This document shows, one piece after another, positions 16,045-24,768 of a DNA stretch of 34,289 nucleotides (positions within the stretch are counted from its first letter, which is position 1; every line of letters starts with the position of its first letter). Made by a program: the position numbers and the translations under genes. The notes beneath the pieces were generated by a model that did no database searches, had not been told where the DNA came from, and was given only the letters and a program-made list of their open reading frames with translations. This DNA comes from Bacilli bacterium (lineage in GTDB: Bacteria; Bacillota_I; Bacilli_A; RF39; UBA660): assembly GCA_045634565.1 (NCBI GenBank), contig JAZRAM010000030.1:1-34289 (forward strand), read 5' to 3'.

Positions 16045-16809
16045 TTAATCAATTTCTAAATCACTCAAACTGCTTACACCCAATGCCATAGCATAAGTAT
16101 GTGTGTCGTAGTAATATGAGCAAGTTTCCCATTCGCTATCTTCAATTCTACCTGAATCTAAATTTTCTATTAAGATTTTATTTTGTTCTTGTTTATCAAA
16201 CCAAGCGAACCATTTTTCATATTTTTTTATCTTTTCATTGTAAGGATAAAAATCTATATATTCCGACAATTCAAATTTTTCATCATTTTCATTAGTCCAT
16301 TCAGCAAACTCTAAATTATGTAGAAGTTTTTTATTTTGCTCCCATACCGAAAGTGCTTTTTCTACACTTGCAAAAACTAAGTCTTCACAATATGAGCCTT
16401 TAGATAAGAAAATTTCGCCTGTAGTGCTTTCTACCTCTTTTACTTCTTCAAACAGCACTTCAAAACAATCTAAAATAGCATGGTTGATAAATTCTAATTT
16501 ATCAGATTTGTACCATACATTTTGGTAATCACTTGTTTTATCGTCTAAAAGATAACCACAACTAAAATAATCACTACTTCTGAACCATAGTTGCCACCCA
16601 TCTTTTTTATCTAAATTAAATTGATTTAATTGTGGATATTGACTTGCTATTGTTTCAAATTGTTTGAATGACTCAAATCCTTTCAACATAGGCATAATAC
16701 CAATAGGATAACCATTTCTACCCTCAGTGGTATTTACGACTTCCAAACCATTTTGTTCTGCAATAGTTTCTAAAACTTCTCTGTAATTGTCTCTATTTAT
16801 TTTTTCCAT
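16045..16809 (-). CDS. hypothetical acidic protein
   Basis: 254 aa, rich in E/D/W/Y. Confidence 0.75.
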   Translation of the reverse strand: MEKINRDNYREVLETIAEQNGLEVVNTTEGRNGYPIGIMPMLKGFESFKQFETIASQYPQLNQFNLDKKDGWQLWFRSSDYFSCGYLLDDKTSDYQNVWYKSDKLEFINHAILDCFEVLFEEVKEVESTTGEIFLSKGSYCEDLVFASVEKALSVWEQNKKLLHNLEFAEWTNENDEKFELSEYIDFYPYNEKIKKYEKWFAWFDKQEQNKILIENLDSGRIEDSEWETCSYYYDTHTYAMALGVSSLSDLEID

Positions 16810-16827
16810 TGTTATTACTATTAATTT

Positions 16828-16872
16828 GTTACATCTATATAACCAATATTAATCTAATTTTTTTCACAATCT
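16828..16872 (-). promoter_or_regulatory. class I promoter-like element
   Basis: Motif copy upstream of ATG 16809. Confidence 0.65.
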
Positions 16873-16886
16873 GAGAAAAAAAATAA

Positions 16887-17129
16887 TTAAACAATTTCAT
16901 CTTCACTTACGTAATCAAATCCATAATCTAACTCAATTATAACATCAAAATCATCGTCAAGGAAAATATCTGTTATTTCATGTTTTTTGTTTTTATAAAA
17001 AACAATATCATGTACATCATAATCTGTTTTGATAATATCACCTTCATGAATATAAGTTTCACAATCTAAACATATATCTGTAATTGGTTTAATTTTCTTC
17101 CCACAGTTAGGACAAAACATTGTACTCAT
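16887..17129 (-). CDS. hypothetical zinc-ribbon protein
   Basis: 80 aa. CPNCGKK...CLDCETY at the N-terminus and an acidic C-terminal half. Confidence 0.65.
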   Translation of the reverse strand: MSTMFCPNCGKKIKPITDICLDCETYIHEGDIIKTDYDVHDIVFYKNKKHEITDIFLDDDFDVIIELDYGFDYVSEDEIV

Positions 17130-17174
17130 AGTTATTATTTCATTTTTTTACTTGTTATTACTATTAATTAATAG

Positions 17175-17188
17175 TACTCATTTGAGTA
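17175..17188. promoter_or_regulatory. class II palindrome TACTCATTTGAGTA
   Basis: Lies between the class I element and ATG 17129. Confidence 0.6.
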
Positions 17189-17191
17189 ACT

Positions 17192-17233
17192 CACATCTAT
17201 ATAACCAATTTCAATCTATTTTTTTCACAATCT
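17192..17233 (-). promoter_or_regulatory. class I promoter-like element followed by a class II palindrome
   Basis: Motif copy upstream of ATG 17129. The palindrome at 17175-17188 lies in the predicted leader. Confidence 0.65.
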
Positions 17234-17246
17234 CACAAAAATAAAT

Positions 17247-17882
17247 CTACTTTTTTATTTTATATTCAAATTCTTCTCGAAAAGATTCTGATAGGTTTTG
17301 TACATTTAAAATACACCACCAATCGACTCTGTCTTGAAATTCTCGAATAAACCCTTCAGATAAATGTTGATTAAATGAAATATCCCACCAATCAAGTTTA
17401 TCAGCAAATTCACTGATAAATTCTTCTGACAATTTTTGATTTGCTGAAATATAATTCCAATCTACTTTATCAGAAAACTCTCTTATAAAGTCTTCTGAGA
17501 GTGTTTGACATACTGAAATATTTTCCCAATGCACTTTATCTTTAAAATCTCTGATAAGGTCTTCGGAAAGAGTTTGGCTCCCTGATATCTCAGTCCAATT
17601 TACTCTATCAGCAAATTTACGGATAAAGTCTTCCGAAAGGTTTTGAGAGTTGGAAATCCAATCCCAATCCACATCATTTAAAGATTTATAATTAGTGTTT
17701 AGTTCCTTATTAAGGAAGTTTAAGCTATCTATATCAACATTGTTCTGTGGAATTATATTATTTAATTCATCACTATTTAAGTTAGATAACAATTCTTTGA
17801 TTAAATCAATTTGTTTTTGTTTTGGTAATGAATAAACTAAATCCAAAACATCAATATTTATTTCACTTTCAAAGTTTGCCAT
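17247..17882 (-). CDS. 23-residue tandem-repeat protein (family member with about 60-aa N-terminal extension)
   Basis: 211 aa with about six NLSEDFIRKFADRVNW-type units. Confidence 0.85.
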   Translation of the reverse strand: MANFESEINIDVLDLVYSLPKQKQIDLIKELLSNLNSDELNNIIPQNNVDIDSLNFLNKELNTNYKSLNDVDWDWISNSQNLSEDFIRKFADRVNWTEISGSQTLSEDLIRDFKDKVHWENISVCQTLSEDFIREFSDKVDWNYISANQKLSEEFISEFADKLDWWDISFNQHLSEGFIREFQDRVDWWCILNVQNLSESFREEFEYKIKK

Positions 17883-17907
17883 AATCTTATAATATTATTA
17901 TTTTGTT

Positions 17908-17951
17908 CTTACATCTATATAACCAATTTCAATCTAGATTTTTCACAATCT
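17908..17951 (-). promoter_or_regulatory. class I promoter-like element
   Basis: Motif copy upstream of ATG 17882. Confidence 0.65.
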
Positions 17952-17960
17952 GTGAAAAAA

Positions 17961-17986
17961 ACTCCAAACTTTTTATCGTTTGGAGT
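17961..17986 (-). terminator. conserved terminator hairpin ACTCCAAAC/GTTTGGAGT
   Basis: 9-bp stem with a T-run in gene orientation. Identical sequence at 19381-19406 and 23149-23174. Confidence 0.75.
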
Positions 17987-17992
17987 CTATTT

Positions 17993-18772
17993 TTATTTAA
18001 ATATACTCTTTATATATGTGGTCATATCATCACTTGGAAATATACAAGATTCTAATATACGTTTTTGTACAGAGGTTATTACCATTTTTTCCAATATATC
18101 AAAATTGGTTTGAAAATAAGTTGTTTCAATAATTATATCTAACCAACAATTATTTTTAATATCAAACACTTCTAATGTTGCAGATTCATTTTCTATTTTA
18201 TCATATAGTTTTAATAGAAAACTATAATTACCATTAGATTGAAATTGAAATTGTCTATATTCATGTGTCCTTTCTAAAGTATTCGCTGAATTACATTTTT
18301 TATTCAGCAATAAATCTCTTACCATGTCAAACATCATTGTATTAGTTATGTTTGATTTTAATTTTAATTTACCCAATTTGGTATGGTAAAATTGATTTTC
18401 TTGTATGGTATTAGATTTAATTAGTTTGTTAAATACTTTAGTGAATAATTCATAGAACATACCATAATCTAATATGTTTCGACCGATAGTAGATTCTAGC
18501 ATATTTTTTGCTGTTTTATCGTCTATACCAATATAGTTATATAATTTATATATTGGTTTTAAATTAAAATCATATATTTCTTTGTTAGAATCAAAGAAAG
18601 TTGATTCACAAGTGTTATTTCCAATACAATCATTTAACAATTCAATTACTTTATCAACAGTAGTTAATAATTCGGTATCTTTACCATCAATTTTGATACT
18701 AGATAATTTATTTCTAGTTGTTAAATACTTAGTCAATTCGTCAACGTTAGTAATCAAAGTTAATACTTTCAT
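17993..18772 (-). CDS. hypothetical protein
   Basis: 259-aa ORF. Confidence 0.75.
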   Translation of the reverse strand: MKVLTLITNVDELTKYLTTRNKLSSIKIDGKDTELLTTVDKVIELLNDCIGNNTCESTFFDSNKEIYDFNLKPIYKLYNYIGIDDKTAKNMLESTIGRNILDYGMFYELFTKVFNKLIKSNTIQENQFYHTKLGKLKLKSNITNTMMFDMVRDLLLNKKCNSANTLERTHEYRQFQFQSNGNYSFLLKLYDKIENESATLEVFDIKNNCWLDIIIETTYFQTNFDILEKMVITSVQKRILESCIFPSDDMTTYIKSIFK

Positions 18773-18814
18773 ATCTCTTTATTTTTTTTTATCTGTTATT
18801 ACTTTAATTAATAG

Positions 18815-18828
18815 TACTCATTTGAGTA
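18815..18828. promoter_or_regulatory. class II palindrome TACTCATTTGAGTA
   Basis: Lies between the class I element and ATG 18772. Confidence 0.6.
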
Positions 18829-18831
18829 ACT

Positions 18832-18873
18832 CACATCTATATAACCAATTTTAATCTATATTTTTCACAATCT
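18832..18873 (-). promoter_or_regulatory. class I promoter-like element followed by a class II palindrome
   Basis: Motif copy upstream of ATG 18772. The palindrome at 18815-18828 lies in the leader. Near-identical to 17161-17233. Confidence 0.65.
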
Positions 18874-18893
18874 AAGGAACAAAAATTACTATC

Positions 18894-19301
18894 TTACTTT
18901 TTCTTTTTTTGTTCATTAGCTAATAATAGCATTGCTCGTAAATCATCAATTGATGTATCACGAATTACTTTACTTTGTTTTACATTCTCTATATGTACAT
19001 GAATAGTGTTTACACATAGATAGATATCTGATATAATACCATTCTTTATTTTAGACATTTCACAATATTGTATTTTTTGTCCTATTTCAAATCCCGACAT
19101 TTCAATCACAATATCCTTAATATCGTTAATTGATGATTTAAGATTTTCAAGTTTTTCATTATAAGACATCATACTTTCACAAGTTTGATTTTCAAATTGT
19201 GAAACTAGATTATCATATTCATTTTCTAATAATGTTTGTACATTATATAATCTGCTACATACATTATTATATCTTTCATAGTCTAATTTTATAATATCCA
19301 T
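18894..19301 (-). CDS. hypothetical protein
   Basis: 135-aa ORF, coiled-coil-like N-terminal half. Confidence 0.7.
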   Translation of the reverse strand: MDIIKLDYERYNNVCSRLYNVQTLLENEYDNLVSQFENQTCESMMSYNEKLENLKSSINDIKDIVIEMSGFEIGQKIQYCEMSKIKNGIISDIYLCVNTIHVHIENVKQSKVIRDTSIDDLRAMLLLANEQKKKK

Positions 19302-19326
19302 ATCCTTTTATTTATTTACTTTGTTA

Positions 19327-19369
19327 TTACATATATAAAACCAATTTTAATCTATATTTTTCACAATCT
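19327..19369 (-). promoter_or_regulatory. class I promoter-like element
   Basis: Motif copy upstream of ATG 19301. Confidence 0.65.
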
Positions 19370-19380
19370 GAGAAAAAAAA

Positions 19381-19406
19381 ACTCCAAACTTTTTATCGTT
19401 TGGAGT
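19381..19406 (-). terminator. conserved terminator hairpin ACTCCAAAC/GTTTGGAGT
   Basis: Same sequence and flanks as 17961-17986. Confidence 0.75.
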
Positions 19407-19415
19407 CTATTTTTA

Positions 19416-19724
19416 TTAAGCTATGAGCTTTCGTATTGTTCCTTCTTCTAAACCTTGGTTACGTTCTTTTTTGTTGTAGTTTGTAAATTGCAAACAATAT
19501 TTGCTTGTTGTTACTGAATAATCGTGTTTATCAGTTAGATATAAGCCTTTACATTTAACGGCAATTATACTTTCATAAGATTGAAATATTGTACCGTTTT
19601 CATATTTAATTATGAATTGATTAGGTACTTTACCACTTTTACCTTCCATATTGCTAACCGACACAAATTTACCTAATTCACGTTGCAAACTTTTCAATGT
19701 TCTAGCTCTCATTTTCTTAGCCAT
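19416..19724 (-). CDS. hypothetical basic protein
   Basis: 102-aa ORF. Its leader is conserved with that of 28684..28851. Confidence 0.7.
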   Translation of the reverse strand: MAKKMRARTLKSLQRELGKFVSVSNMEGKSGKVPNQFIIKYENGTIFQSYESIIAVKCKGLYLTDKHDYSVTTSKYCLQFTNYNKKERNQGLEEGTIRKLIA

Positions 19725-20147
19725 AATTAAAACCGATTCACCTTATACTATCGAGAGGTTTTTATTTGTTATTACTTTAATTTGTTTCTTTCGTCCTTAC
19801 ATCTATAAAACCACTTTCAATATCGATTTTTCACAATCTAAGAGAAAAAAATCAATTTATTTTTTCTTTTCTTTGAAAGTGGACTATCTTTTGTCCTTAC
19901 ACATACATAACCAATTTCAATCTATATTTTTCACAATCTCACAAAAATAAATCTACTTTTTTAGTGTTAAATAATTTAACATTCTTAATTAATTAGTCAA
20001 TTAAGAATATCAATGTTTCACGTGAAACATAAAAAAAATAAATCTATTCTTATATAACCATTATGGATTTATTTTTTTCACAAAAAAAGCTCCAAACTTT
20101 TTATCGTTTGGAGTTGTGTATAATGAATAACAGAGTAAAAATCTAAT
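19725..20147 (-). promoter_or_regulatory. composite intergenic module: 3 promoter copies + palindromes + terminator (paralog of 5947-6294)
   Basis: Promoter copies at 19796-19839, 19896-19939, 20048-20083. P1 at 19965-19981. P2 at 20013-20030. Hairpin at 20090-20113. Conserved leader at 19735-19763. Confidence 0.75.
19735..19763 (-). promoter_or_regulatory. conserved leader block with AGGTGA Shine-Dalgarno-like core
   Basis: gattcaccttatactatcgagaggttttt, identical to 28862-28890. AGGTGA lies 13 nt before the ATG in both genes. Confidence 0.55.
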
Positions 20148-20735
20148 CTATATATAGACAAAATCTAATTTTGTTTCGTCCCATATTAAAGTTTTATTAT
20201 TCTTATCTTTATATAGAATTTCTTGAGAATTGATATCGTCTTTTATAAATACTTGTGTTATTTGATTATTGTTATTCCCAAATTGTTTAATAGCTTTATA
20301 AATATCGTTACAAACTCTATTATTAATATATGTTTCTATATACTCTATATCCTTATTTGTTTTATATAATACAATGTAATCAGTCTTATAATAACTATTA
20401 TTATTATGTTCTAAACCTTCAACGTATATCGTATATTTAAACATTAAATTTGAATCAATATATGTACCATAATCAATAAATTGGTTTGCTAAAAATCCTT
20501 TTAATGTATCTAAATTTCCACACATTATAGTAAAAGAATCTGTAGCAGATAAATTATTACTACTTACTAAACTATAGTACGGGTTCGGATAAACAAACAC
20601 TTCGGCAACATATTTATAATCTGTTGGGTTTGTGCTACCATTTCCACTATATTTTATTTCGTGAGGTGTACAACTTGCAAATACAGAAGTGCAAAGCAAT
20701 ACAAAAAACATCAAAATAAATTTTCTTTTTTTCAT
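20148..20735 (-). CDS. putative lipoprotein
   Basis: 195 aa. MKKRKFILMFFVLLCTSVFASC is a signal peptide ending in a lipobox-like Cys. Confidence 0.7.
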   Translation of the reverse strand: MKKRKFILMFFVLLCTSVFASCTPHEIKYSGNGSTNPTDYKYVAEVFVYPNPYYSLVSSNNLSATDSFTIMCGNLDTLKGFLANQFIDYGTYIDSNLMFKYTIYVEGLEHNNNSYYKTDYIVLYKTNKDIEYIETYINNRVCNDIYKAIKQFGNNNNQITQVFIKDDINSQEILYKDKNNKTLIWDETKLDFVYI

Positions 20736-20796
20736 TTAATTTTATATTTTATAAATTAATAATTAATTTAATTACTTTCGCTTAGAAAAATCCGAC

Positions 20797-20810
20797 TACT
20801 CATTTGAGTA
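20797..20810. promoter_or_regulatory. class II palindrome, extended arms (GACTACTCA-TT-TGAGTAGTC)
   Basis: 9-bp arms, followed by ATTTTTCT in gene orientation, so here it could also terminate 20828..21310. Confidence 0.6.
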
Positions 20811-20827
20811 GTCAGATATGTTTTTTA

Positions 20828-21310
20828 TTATTTCTGAAAAGCTTCTTTTAGAGAAGTCTCCAAAATTCCATCTTTATATGGATATCCGCCTGTATAAACT
20901 TGTACTACTTCCATAATACTATTTAGATACTTGGCTAGCTTTTCCACAATATTTTTTTCATCTTTCAAATCGAATTTACGGAAGTTTACTTTACATTCTT
21001 TTCCTAAATCTTTTACACTCCGCATAGCAAAATATTTATATTCATTCGCTTTATCGTATGGACTTAAATTAAAATGTGGAAACCATGATAAATCCATTTT
21101 GTCAGTTACATTATCGAATTTAAATGATATAGCATTCAATAATTGATTATGTGGATAATCACAATCTTTATTATAATTAACTTCAATAAAAAGATTATTT
21201 CTAAAGATTAAACTTGTACCATATAACACTTTTATATATTCAGGTTTAATATTTAATTTGTTATATAGTTCATTTTTTATTAGTTCAGTATTAAATCTAG
21301 TTTGTTCCAT
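20828..21310 (-). CDS. hypothetical protein
   Basis: 160-aa ORF. Confidence 0.7.
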   Translation of the reverse strand: MEQTRFNTELIKNELYNKLNIKPEYIKVLYGTSLIFRNNLFIEVNYNKDCDYPHNQLLNAISFKFDNVTDKMDLSWFPHFNLSPYDKANEYKYFAMRSVKDLGKECKVNFRKFDLKDEKNIVEKLAKYLNSIMEVVQVYTGGYPYKDGILETSLKEAFQK

Positions 21311-21344
21311 ATCTTTTTATATTTTTACGTTGTTATTATTGTTT

Positions 21345-21385
21345 CTTACATATATATAACCACTTTCAACATCGATTTTTCACAA
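21345..21385 (-). promoter_or_regulatory. class I promoter-like element (terminator-fused)
   Basis: Motif copy upstream of ATG 21310. It abuts the hairpin at 21390-21406. Confidence 0.65.
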
Positions 21386-21389
21386 AAAA

Positions 21390-21406
21390 CCTCTAAAGTT
21401 TAGAGG
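21390..21406 (-). terminator. hairpin terminator CCTCTAA-AGT-TTAGAGG
   Basis: 7-bp stem flanked by A-run/T-run. Confidence 0.6.
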
Positions 21407-21429
21407 TTTTTTTTACTTATTTGAGTATG

Positions 21430-22014
21430 TTATATAGGTTCACCCATGCAATAACTAGGTTTAGAATAAATCTCTAGATAACAATATTCTTTTTTGATAA
21501 TATCAATGATTTTATTACAAAGTGGTATTTCATTTTCTACTATCTTTGCATCGATATCGTCCATGAGACTTTCATAAAAAGTTTGGAAATCATCATCATC
21601 GGTTTCAGCTGTTATGTTCATTAATTCCATACGTTTTTTAAGTATGGTTTCAACTTCTTGAGTTGAAATATTATAACGACTACTAATATCATTAATTATT
21701 TCATTGATGTTATTGTAATTATAAGTACAACTCCACCCTGTATAATCTATTGCAGATTTATCGGTATCTCTTACAAAATCGATACAATAATTTTCATAGT
21801 AGCCACTTGTCAAAACTATATTATGTAGTTTTATAGGCTTTATAGTTTGTAAAAAACTCCTTACTCCATTTATTTTGTCATATTCAATATACCTACTTGG
21901 ATAACTCGTACTATTATTTGCATACTCGCCTAAAGCAGGAATGTTTTCAAATTCGTAATCGTCGTCAGTAACGACTACACATCTATTTATAAATGAATAA
22001 TTAAATGCTCCCAT
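21430..22014 (-). CDS. hypothetical acidic protein
   Basis: 194-aa ORF. Confidence 0.7.
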   Translation of the reverse strand: MGAFNYSFINRCVVVTDDDYEFENIPALGEYANNSTSYPSRYIEYDKINGVRSFLQTIKPIKLHNIVLTSGYYENYCIDFVRDTDKSAIDYTGWSCTYNYNNINEIINDISSRYNISTQEVETILKKRMELMNITAETDDDDFQTFYESLMDDIDAKIVENEIPLCNKIIDIIKKEYCYLEIYSKPSYCMGEPI

Positions 22015-22269
22015 AGTTCTTTAGTTTTTATTTGTTCTTACATATATAAAACCACTATTCACACATTTATTTCACAATCTCACAAAAATAAATCTACTTT
22101 TTTCATGTTAAATAATTTAACACTTTTCAATATATACACTTTATAATGTTTCACGTGAAACATAAAAAAATAAATCTATTCTAATATAACCAATATAGAT
22201 TCAGATTTTTCACAATCTGAGAAAAAAAAGTGCTGAAATATTTTTAATTTCAGCACCTTATATTTTCAA
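22015..22269 (-). promoter_or_regulatory. composite intergenic module: 2 promoter copies + P1/P2 + terminator
   Basis: Promoter copies at 22037-22080 and 22181-22218. P1 at 22106-22122. P2 at 22146-22163. Hairpin at 22230-22256. Confidence 0.75.
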
Positions 22270-23061
22270 TTAAAAATCATCATCATCGTCATAATCATTA
22301 TATTCTCTTTCTATATCCCAAATAGCAGTCGTTATTGATACACTCAATAAATCGTCATTATTATAACGATATCCATCGGCTTGTCTTCGATAGTCTTCGC
22401 AATAATCAATCAAATCCATACCTGCAAAATTTCCAAATGGAAATATTGTTAAATAAAGTTGGCAATTTTCATTTTCATTAATGAAACAATTTTTAACATA
22501 TTGGTATATATTATAGATTGCTTCCAATTCGCTATCATCACCATGATTTACATTTAATGGTTTTTGATTTATATAATAATAACAGCATTCTAAAGAACTA
22601 CCCTCATTACACATTAATAATTCATTTGCTTTAGATGTTAATCTAAAAAAGTCGGATAAATCATAATAATGATATTCATACTCAATTTTTCTAATGTATG
22701 TTGATAAAATTTCTTTATCCGTTTTTATACCAAAACCAAATAAATTAATTTCGTCATATATATTTTCATCAACTTCCTTATCTAAGACATCAGATAAAGC
22801 CTTATACCATTCACTTTCAGAAAATAAATCTGTTGCATTGGTATTATCTAAACTCCAATTCATGCAGATATTAGAACCAACACTAATTGGTTTTTCTGTT
22901 TTAAAAACCTTTGTATAGGTTTTATTATTATTAGTATTTAATAATAATATCTTACATATTTCTGCTTGTTGATTCCAACGAGGCAAACAATTGAACTCTA
23001 AATCAATTATTATATTTACTTTTTCATTTTGTTCAAAAACTTGTTCACTATAATTAGCCAT
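22270..23061 (-). CDS. hypothetical protein, possible DEDD-type 3'-5' exonuclease fold, poly-Asp C-terminus
   Basis: 263 aa. IIIDLEF (ExoI-like), FGFGIKTDKEIL (ExoII-like), NHGDDSELEA (ExoIII-like). The match is weak. Ends DYDDDDDF. Confidence 0.6.
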   Translation of the reverse strand: MANYSEQVFEQNEKVNIIIDLEFNCLPRWNQQAEICKILLLNTNNNKTYTKVFKTEKPISVGSNICMNWSLDNTNATDLFSESEWYKALSDVLDKEVDENIYDEINLFGFGIKTDKEILSTYIRKIEYEYHYYDLSDFFRLTSKANELLMCNEGSSLECCYYYINQKPLNVNHGDDSELEAIYNIYQYVKNCFINENENCQLYLTIFPFGNFAGMDLIDYCEDYRRQADGYRYNNDDLLSVSITTAIWDIEREYNDYDDDDDF

Positions 23062-23094
23062 ATCTCTTATATTTTTACTTTGTTATTATTGTTT

Positions 23095-23138
23095 CTTACA
23101 TCTATAAAACCAATTTAAATCTAGATTTTTCACACTCT
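23095..23138 (-). promoter_or_regulatory. class I promoter-like element
   Basis: Motif copy (cacactct variant) upstream of ATG 23061. Confidence 0.6.
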
Positions 23139-23148
23139 GAGAAAAAAA

Positions 23149-23174
23149 ACTCCAAACTTTTTATCGTTTGGAGT
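23149..23174 (-). terminator. conserved terminator hairpin ACTCCAAAC/GTTTGGAGT
   Basis: Same sequence as 17961-17986, fused to the promoter copy at 23095-23138. Confidence 0.75.
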
Positions 23175-23194
23175 ATTAGTAATATTGATTATGA

Positions 23195-23908
23195 TTAATA
23201 GTTTTTTACTTTCTCACGATATTCGGCTAATCGTTTTTCAGTTTTCTTTAAATCTGCTTTTGCATTATTTAATCGCAAAATAGTGCTTTTATGTTCTTGT
23301 TGGTTTAGAACATAATCTAAATGTTTTTGATTTAAATAAACTACATAGGTGTGTTCGTCAGTATCAATATTAAATTCGTTAGCATATATTTGTTGAACGA
23401 ATTTATTATATATATCTAATATTTCACATTCAAAACAAGCCGTGAAATCAATTTTATTTGTTGTCATAAATGAAGTTACAACTGCTTTATAAACTTCATT
23501 ACTATAATATACTAAAATATTATCACCAATGTTTAGATTATTAAAATCGTCCAAACTAATTTCCACTTTTTCCAAGTGGTTGAAATTGTCTAGTTTAGAT
23601 TGTATATTATTAACAATTTCAATGTGTTGCGGTAATAGTTTTTCTAAATATTCTAGATAGTATATATCGGCTTGCTTGTTAATTTCATTTTCATCTAATG
23701 AAGCTACAAAGTCTTTTTCGTCCACTATAAATTGCCACCTTGTATTAATTGCAGTAAATTTCAAAGTTTTTTTATCAACTTTATATGTAGCGTCATATGC
23801 TAACATATCAACATCAATAACATGATAATCAGTTTCAGTTTCAGACTGAATTAGATATTTATATCTAACACATTCTCTATTTGTACCGTATATAAATCGT
23901 CTTGCCAT
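23195..23908 (-). CDS. hypothetical protein
   Basis: 237-aa ORF, basic coiled-coil C-terminus. Confidence 0.75.
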   Translation of the reverse strand: MARRFIYGTNRECVRYKYLIQSETETDYHVIDVDMLAYDATYKVDKKTLKFTAINTRWQFIVDEKDFVASLDENEINKQADIYYLEYLEKLLPQHIEIVNNIQSKLDNFNHLEKVEISLDDFNNLNIGDNILVYYSNEVYKAVVTSFMTTNKIDFTACFECEILDIYNKFVQQIYANEFNIDTDEHTYVVYLNQKHLDYVLNQQEHKSTILRLNNAKADLKKTEKRLAEYREKVKNY

Positions 23909-23929
23909 ATCTCTTTATATTTTTAGTTT

Positions 23930-23973
23930 GTTACATCTATATAACCACTATTAATTTATTTATTTCACAATCT
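23930..23973 (-). promoter_or_regulatory. class I promoter-like element
   Basis: Motif copy upstream of ATG 23908. Confidence 0.65.
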
Positions 23974-24027
23974 AATACAGAAAAAAAGGTTTGGGATATT
24001 AATTTCCCTAACCTTTTATATTTTTAA

Positions 24028-24627
24028 TTATGACAATTCTTTGATACGTTCAATCACTTGTTTTAATTCATTTTCAAACTTTGTACGATATTCAACAACA
24101 CTTGGAAACTCACTATTTAATAGGTAATCCATTAATTCTTTAATTCCGTCTAACCAATCTGGCTGAATATCATCAGGAATATTCATTATATCAGAATATT
24201 CACATAACGGATATAAAAAACATTCTGATTTTAAACCATCTAAAGAAATAATTGGTTCTATTTCAAATAAACTTTGATTTACCAATTTTTCTGCATTGAT
24301 AATTGTTTTAACGTCTTGGGCATATCTTTTCAAATCATATTGTAAAGACTCTTTAACTACTTTTTCTCCTTTATTCAACACTCCAATATAGAAAAACATT
24401 CTATCAGTAGTTAAATCTATTCGGTTCTCATTGTTAAATAAATTATCTATTGCATCTTCAATAGATATTATATTTAGATTTTTATTATATTTTTCAATAA
24501 GTTCACCATTTTCCCAATCGTAACCATTACCATTAGTTAAAAATAAATGGTCATATACTTGTAATTTATTTTCACTAATTGAGGGATATTCCCTCATGCT
24601 ATTTATAACTTTATCTTTTAAATTCAT
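24028..24627 (-). CDS. hypothetical protein
   Basis: 199-aa ORF. Confidence 0.7.
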   Translation of the reverse strand: MNLKDKVINSMREYPSISENKLQVYDHLFLTNGNGYDWENGELIEKYNKNLNIISIEDAIDNLFNNENRIDLTTDRMFFYIGVLNKGEKVVKESLQYDLKRYAQDVKTIINAEKLVNQSLFEIEPIISLDGLKSECFLYPLCEYSDIMNIPDDIQPDWLDGIKELMDYLLNSEFPSVVEYRTKFENELKQVIERIKELS

Positions 24628-24641
24628 ATTTGCTTTATTTT

Positions 24642-24686
24642 CTTTACATACATATAACCAATATTAATCTAGATTTTTCACAATCC
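24642..24686 (-). promoter_or_regulatory. class I promoter-like element
   Basis: Motif copy upstream of ATG 24627. Confidence 0.65.
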
Positions 24687-24700
24687 ATGAATAAAAAAAT

Positions 24701-24726
24701 GGTGCTAAGAAATTAATCTTAGCACC
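24701..24726 (-). terminator. hairpin terminator after the DUF262-HNH gene
   Basis: GGTGCTAAGA / TCTTAGCACC followed by a T-run in gene orientation. Confidence 0.7.
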
Positions 24727-24768
24727 TTGTAAGTAACAATTAAATTTAAGATATGAAAAACAAATTTA

